From the NCBI GenBank assembly GCA_002269645.1, contig NIVC01001764.1:1-64000 (forward strand): a stretch of DNA of 64,000 bases, in the 5' to 3' direction. Shown here piece by piece: positions 59,885-64,000 of this stretch (within the stretch, counting starts at the first letter, position 1; every line of letters starts with the position of its first letter). The notes beneath the pieces were generated by a model that was given only the letters and a program-made list of their open reading frames with translations, did no database searches and was not told the origin of the DNA. The DNA is from Macrostomum lignano (Eukaryota). A program made the translations under genes and the position numbers.

Positions 59885-60117
59885 AGGCTAGAGGGAATGT
59901 GAAGGCGTGAAGCTAGTGGGGATGTGAAGGCGTGAAGCTAGTGGGGATGTGAAGGCGTGAAGCTAGTGGGGATGTGAAGGCGTGAAGCTAGTGAGGATGT
60001 GATGGCGTGAAGCTAGTGGGGATGTGAAGGCGTGAAGCTAGTGGGGATGTGAAGGCGTGAAGCTAGTAGGGATGTGAAGGCGTGAAGCTAGTAGGGATGT
60101 GAAGGCGTGAAGCTAGT
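59885..60117. repeat. 25-bp minisatellite (GAAGGCGTGAAGCTAGTGGGGATGT)
   Basis: About 9 copies ending just before an AG acceptor. Confidence 0.92.
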
Positions 60118-60129
60118 TCGCTACTCCAG

Positions 60130-60880
60130 TCTCCGCTCTGCTTGTAGCGGCCTGCCTGACCCAGCTGGTCCATTGCGAGAGCCTGCCGGGCTTCTGGCAC
60201 CGCCTGAGCAGCCAACAGTGCCTGCCTGAGAACCTGACAGCATGGGCGACTCAGACTCCGAGAGGAATCATCGAGTGTCTATACGAGGCTGGCTCGAGCG
60301 GCCTGCAGGTGGCCCAGTTCGACTCGGACACTCGCCAGTGCTCGCAGGGATCTCGCAGCCCCGCCGCTGTGCCGCATTCGCCAATGCCAGAGCCGCCAAG
60401 TTCCTCACCTTGAGCAGGAAGCTCATGCTGGGTGTGGGCTCGAAGCTGAGGGCCGCCTGGGTGATGAGCGACAATGCGGACGCCAGCAGGAGCAACTTGG
60501 TGTGCCGCCAGACGCAGCAGTGGATGTCGGAGAATGTGGAGTGGAGCAGCGAGGGAGTCAAGCTCGACGGAGTGTCGTCCAAGATGTGGCTGGAGAACGT
60601 GGAGTTTGCGAACTACCAGCAGCCATTCTCGTGGCTGGTCAGGCTCAAGCGGGAGATCAAGCAAGCAGCAATTCTTGACAGCTACGACTGCACCACCAAG
60701 GTCGATGGAGCCGCCTTATGGGACGGCACGCCAACTATCCAAGGCCTGTACCTCCGCAGAATCGCTTTGAGTTTTTATACTTACAAAACCGCACCGGAAA
60801 CGAATTCGTTTGACCCGAATTCGTTCGTGGAAGTCGGCCTGACATCGACGTCTCTCTCAAGCCAAACATTTTTCCTATAA
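60130..60880 (+). CDS. Putative secreted protein (signal peptide + Cys-rich PAN/apple-like segment + unknown domain); apparent 1-nt frameshift near 60349
   Basis: After acceptor CTCCAG (60129) one frame reads SALLVAACLTQLVHCESLPGFWHRLSSQQCLPE..IIECLYEA..AQFDSDTRQCSQG. The ORF 60242-60880 frame then continues ISQPRRCAAF..FFL*. GC-rich coding-like composition. Confidence 0.5.
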
Positions 60881-60944
60881 ATAGGCTATAAATAAATCCC
60901 GTTGCTCCTACCCCAAATGCTTTATTCTAGTTACTGTAATCCAC

Positions 60945-62228
60945 ACTGCTTTAATCCCAGTTGCTTTAATCCCAGTTGCTTTAATCCCAGTTGCTTTAAT
61001 CCCAGTTGCTTTAATCCCAGTTGCTTTAATCCCAGTTGCTTTAATCCCAGATGCTTTAATCCACGTTGCTTTAATTCGGGTTGCTTTAATCCCAGCTGCT
61101 TTAATCCACGTTGCTTTAATTCGGGTTGCTTTAATCCCAGCTGCTTTAATCCCAGTTGCTTTAATCCCAGTTGCTTTAATCTACGTTGCTTTAACCCCAG
61201 TTGCTTTAATCCCAGTTGCTTTAATCCCAGTTGCTTTATCCTAGTTGCTTTAACCCCAGTTGCTTTAATCCCAGTTGCTTTAATCCCAGTTGCTTTAACC
61301 CCAGTTGCTTTAACCCCAGTTGCTTCAACCCCAGTTGCTTTAACCCCAGTTGCTTCAATCCCAGTTGCTTTAATCCGAGTTGCTTTAATCCGGGTTGCTT
61401 TAATCCTAGCTGCTTTAATCCCGGTTGCTTTAATCTACGTTGCTTTAATCTACGTTGCTTTAACCCCAGTTGCTTTAACCCCAGTTGCTTTAATCCCAGT
61501 TGCTTTAATCCGGGTTGCTTTAATCCCAGCTGCTTTAATCCCGGTTGCTTTAATCTACGTTGCTTTAATCTACGTTGCTCTAACCCCAGTTGCTTTAACC
61601 CCAGTTGCTTTAATCCCAGTTGCTTTAATCCGAGTTGCTTTAATCCGGGTTGCTTTAATCCCAGCTGCTTTAATCCCGGTTGCTTTAATCTACGTTGCTT
61701 TAATCCCAGTTGCTTTAACCCCAGTTGCTTTAATCCCAGTTGCTTTAATCCGAGTTGCTTTAATCCCAGTTGCTTTAATCCACGTTGCTTTAACCCCAGT
61801 TGCTTTAATCCCAGTTGCTTTAATCCGAGTTGCTTTAATCCCAGTTGCTTTAATCCCAGTTGCTTTAATCCCAGATGCTTTAATCCACGTTGCTTTAATT
61901 CGGGTTGCTTTAATCCCAGCTGCTTTAATCCCAGTTGCTTTAATCCCAGTTGCTTTAATCCCAGTTGCTTTAACCCCAGTTGCTTTAATCCCAGTTGCTT
62001 TAATCCCAGTTGCTTTAACCCCAGTTGCTTTAACCCCAGTTGCTTCAATCCCAGTTGCTTCAATCCCAGTTGCTTTAATCCCAGTTGCTTTAATCCCAGT
62101 TGCTTTAATCCCAGTTGCTTTAATCCCAGTTGCTTTAATCCCAGTTGCTTTAATCCCAGTTGCTTCAATCCCAGATGCTTCAATCCCAGTTGCTTTAATC
62201 CCAGTTGCTTTAACCCCAGATGCTTTAA
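60945..62228. repeat. 15-bp minisatellite (TGCTTTAATCCCAGT), about 85 copies
   Basis: Direct inspection. Confidence 0.97.
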
Positions 62229-63094
62229 TTGATTTACCCCCGGTTGTTTTAATAATCCCGATTTGTTATTGTTAGTCCCGCGTGTTTAAGTCCAAGATGC
62301 TTTAATAAAAATTCTCCTTTCGCAGTTGTTTTAGTTACATGTGGCTGTAATATTTACCTGGCACCTTCACGTCCGCAATTCTCGTCAAAGTTACTCAATA
62401 TTCATCAATTTATTGAAATACTGGTAAGTTGTGATATGATGCAAAGGTTTCGTATTAATTTTTATTTTTAGTTTATTGGAGACTTAATTAAAGCACTATT
62501 GTATTATAGCAGCTTGCCTGAATTACGCGTATTAAAAACGATACTCTGACAAAATCCGTTTGCAGCATGTAGTTTTGATAATAATTAGCTCCATTGATAT
62601 AATTACTTAGATAAGAGCGTGCGGCATTTTTTGTCGCCTAATATAGAAAATTAGGAAGGCTTCTTTTATGAATCTATCTATTATGAAAGTGTGCACAGTG
62701 ATGACATCAATTGCACCGCATCGTGCTATACTCATACACGACAATTGTTTTGAAGGCACGAAACTTTTGATATCTGCACTGCCACTCACTCGCCTAGGTG
62801 ACAAACAAACAGAACCCTAATTGACTACGATCGTTGCTTGCCGGCTAATTACTATACCAACACGCACGCAGTCCCACATTGCTTTTTCACCTTCCTCCGA
62901 TTTAAAACACCAGCGTGCGCCTGCACCCCGCCAGTCCCTCCTAACATCCAGCTGGGATGACTCACCAACCTCAGCGCCACACTTTACAGCCCTAAACACC
63001 GGTCCCCGCGACAAAACCAACCCCACCACCCCCAAGGCAGTGTGAACCACCCAAGACCATAAAATTTTCCGTCTCCCCAACCCACCCCCCTCTG

Positions 63095-63200
63095 GGCCAA
63101 TCAGGCGCTACCGGCCGGTTAACCAAAATAAAAACTACCCCGTGCCAAGCTCGCCAATTGGAAGGGGGTGGGCCGGACCGGCTAACTGGTCTATAAAAGA
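63095..63200 (+). promoter_or_regulatory. Pol II promoter: CCAAT boxes (63097, 63154), G-rich box and TATAAAA (63192-63198)
   Basis: Canonical motifs with plausible spacing about 125 bp upstream of ATG 63323. Confidence 0.6.
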
Positions 63201-63322
63201 TAAGCGCCGCGTGTCTCGCCCCTTATCGCAGTAAGATTGTTGTTCAATACGAATCTGCCTGATAAATAGTGAAATAGGCATTGAATTTAACAACAAGATA
63301 CATTTGCATTTAGTTTCTTACA

Positions 63323-64000
63323 ATGGAAGATCATCACCAGCAGCAGCAGCAGACTGTAGCTCAGCCTTCGGCTAGTTCAACTGACGCGACCGCCCGCGGT
63401 TACATCAACCACAGCCCCGAAGAGCAGCCGCCTGTTTCAACAGCCACAGCTTCGGGCATGGACTTCTACAGTCAGATTCAGCAGCAGCAGCCGCCGCAAC
63501 AGCATTTTATGCCATACGCTATGAGCTACCATCCAGGCGCTGTGCCAATGCTTTACTCCGATCCGATGTACAGCACCGCGAATCGTCAGCAGGTGACACC
63601 GTGCAGCGGCCAGGGCCAACAGCAGCAGCAGCAGATGCTGCCAGCAGATCCGTACTACTACATGCAGTACCAGCACATGGCAGCCGCCGCCGCAGCCGCA
63701 GCAGCTTTTGCTATGCAGCAGCAGCAGCAGCTGTCACCTTCGACTAATTCTGCTCAACAACAGTCAACTCCGCAGTCTCTGCAGCAGCAAAAACAGCAAG
63801 AGCAGCAAATTCCGTACATCGTGAACCCCTACTATCCGCCGCCGCCGCCTCTGCCTCCATCAATGTGCTACTATCCGTATATGCAGTCGTCGCAGCCTCC
63901 CCTGCCGCCTCCATCGGCTGCTGCCAATGGCACTGTTGAGACTGCTCAACAACCAGGTCCGGAGTCTCCGCCTCAGTCTGTGCCTGCAGCTGCCACTGTG
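63323..64000 (+). CDS. 5' part of a gene encoding a Gln/Pro/Tyr/Ala-rich low-complexity N-terminus (runs off the window)
   Basis: Open frame [51 protein letters not shown].. for 226 codons without a stop; upstream TATA/CCAAT. Family not recognisable. Confidence 0.75.
   Translation, partial: MEDHHQQQQQTVAQPSASSTDATARGYINHSPEEQPPVSTATASGMDFYSQIQQQQPPQQHFMPYAMSYHPGAVPMLYSDPMYSTANRQQVTPCSGQGQQQQQQMLPADPYYYMQYQHMAAAAAAAAAFAMQQQQQLSPSTNSAQQQSTPQSLQQQKQQEQQIPYIVNPYYPPPPPLPPSMCYYPYMQSSQPPLPPPSAAANGTVETAQQPGPESPPQSVPAAATV

Noticed and set aside
9173-62275. Dozens of long periodic ORFs (e.g. NKNRPSAI, SVCL, DADWDLG, RQALILV, CFNPS repeats)
   Set aside because: Translations of tandem repeats lacking stops, in introns or intergenic DNA and open in several frames; no coding evidence. 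The only exception considered is the 36-bp array in gene A.

Overview
Eukaryotic (metazoan) DNA with GT-AG introns. The organism is probably a flatworm such as Macrostomum, an inference from poly-Ala/Gln proteins and minisatellite-filled introns. Left 8 kb: a CpG-poor, TpA-rich zone holding a decayed full-length hAT transposon (425-3726, perfect 8-bp TSD) and a decayed full-length mariner (5093-6354, TA TSD). 8-30 kb: three closely spaced + strand housekeeping genes, ZMYND10 (2 exons), a TRMT10B-like gene (2 exons) and HECTD1 (8 exons, about 2667 aa); every intron and spacer carries a tandem repeat. 31-47 kb: an accessory, segmentally duplicated region with two diverged paralogs of an uncharacterised stand-alone DUF2431/BMT5-like methyltransferase-fold gene (minus strand). 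One paralog has a homopolymer frameshift and a 36-bp minisatellite grown from its C-terminal codons. 47.8-53.1 kb: beta-ureidopropionase UPB1 (8 exons, minus strand, about 387 aa) with a CORE-SINE in intron 4. 55-59.4 kb: a 4.3-kb 21-bp satellite with a 1657-bp higher-order duplication. Then a frameshifted secreted Cys-domain gene and the start of a Gln/Pro/Tyr-rich gene with a TATA/CCAAT promoter. Exon coordinates were derived by hand from splice sites and frame continuity; repeat boundaries are approximate. No CRISPR, rRNA or true tRNA gene was found.
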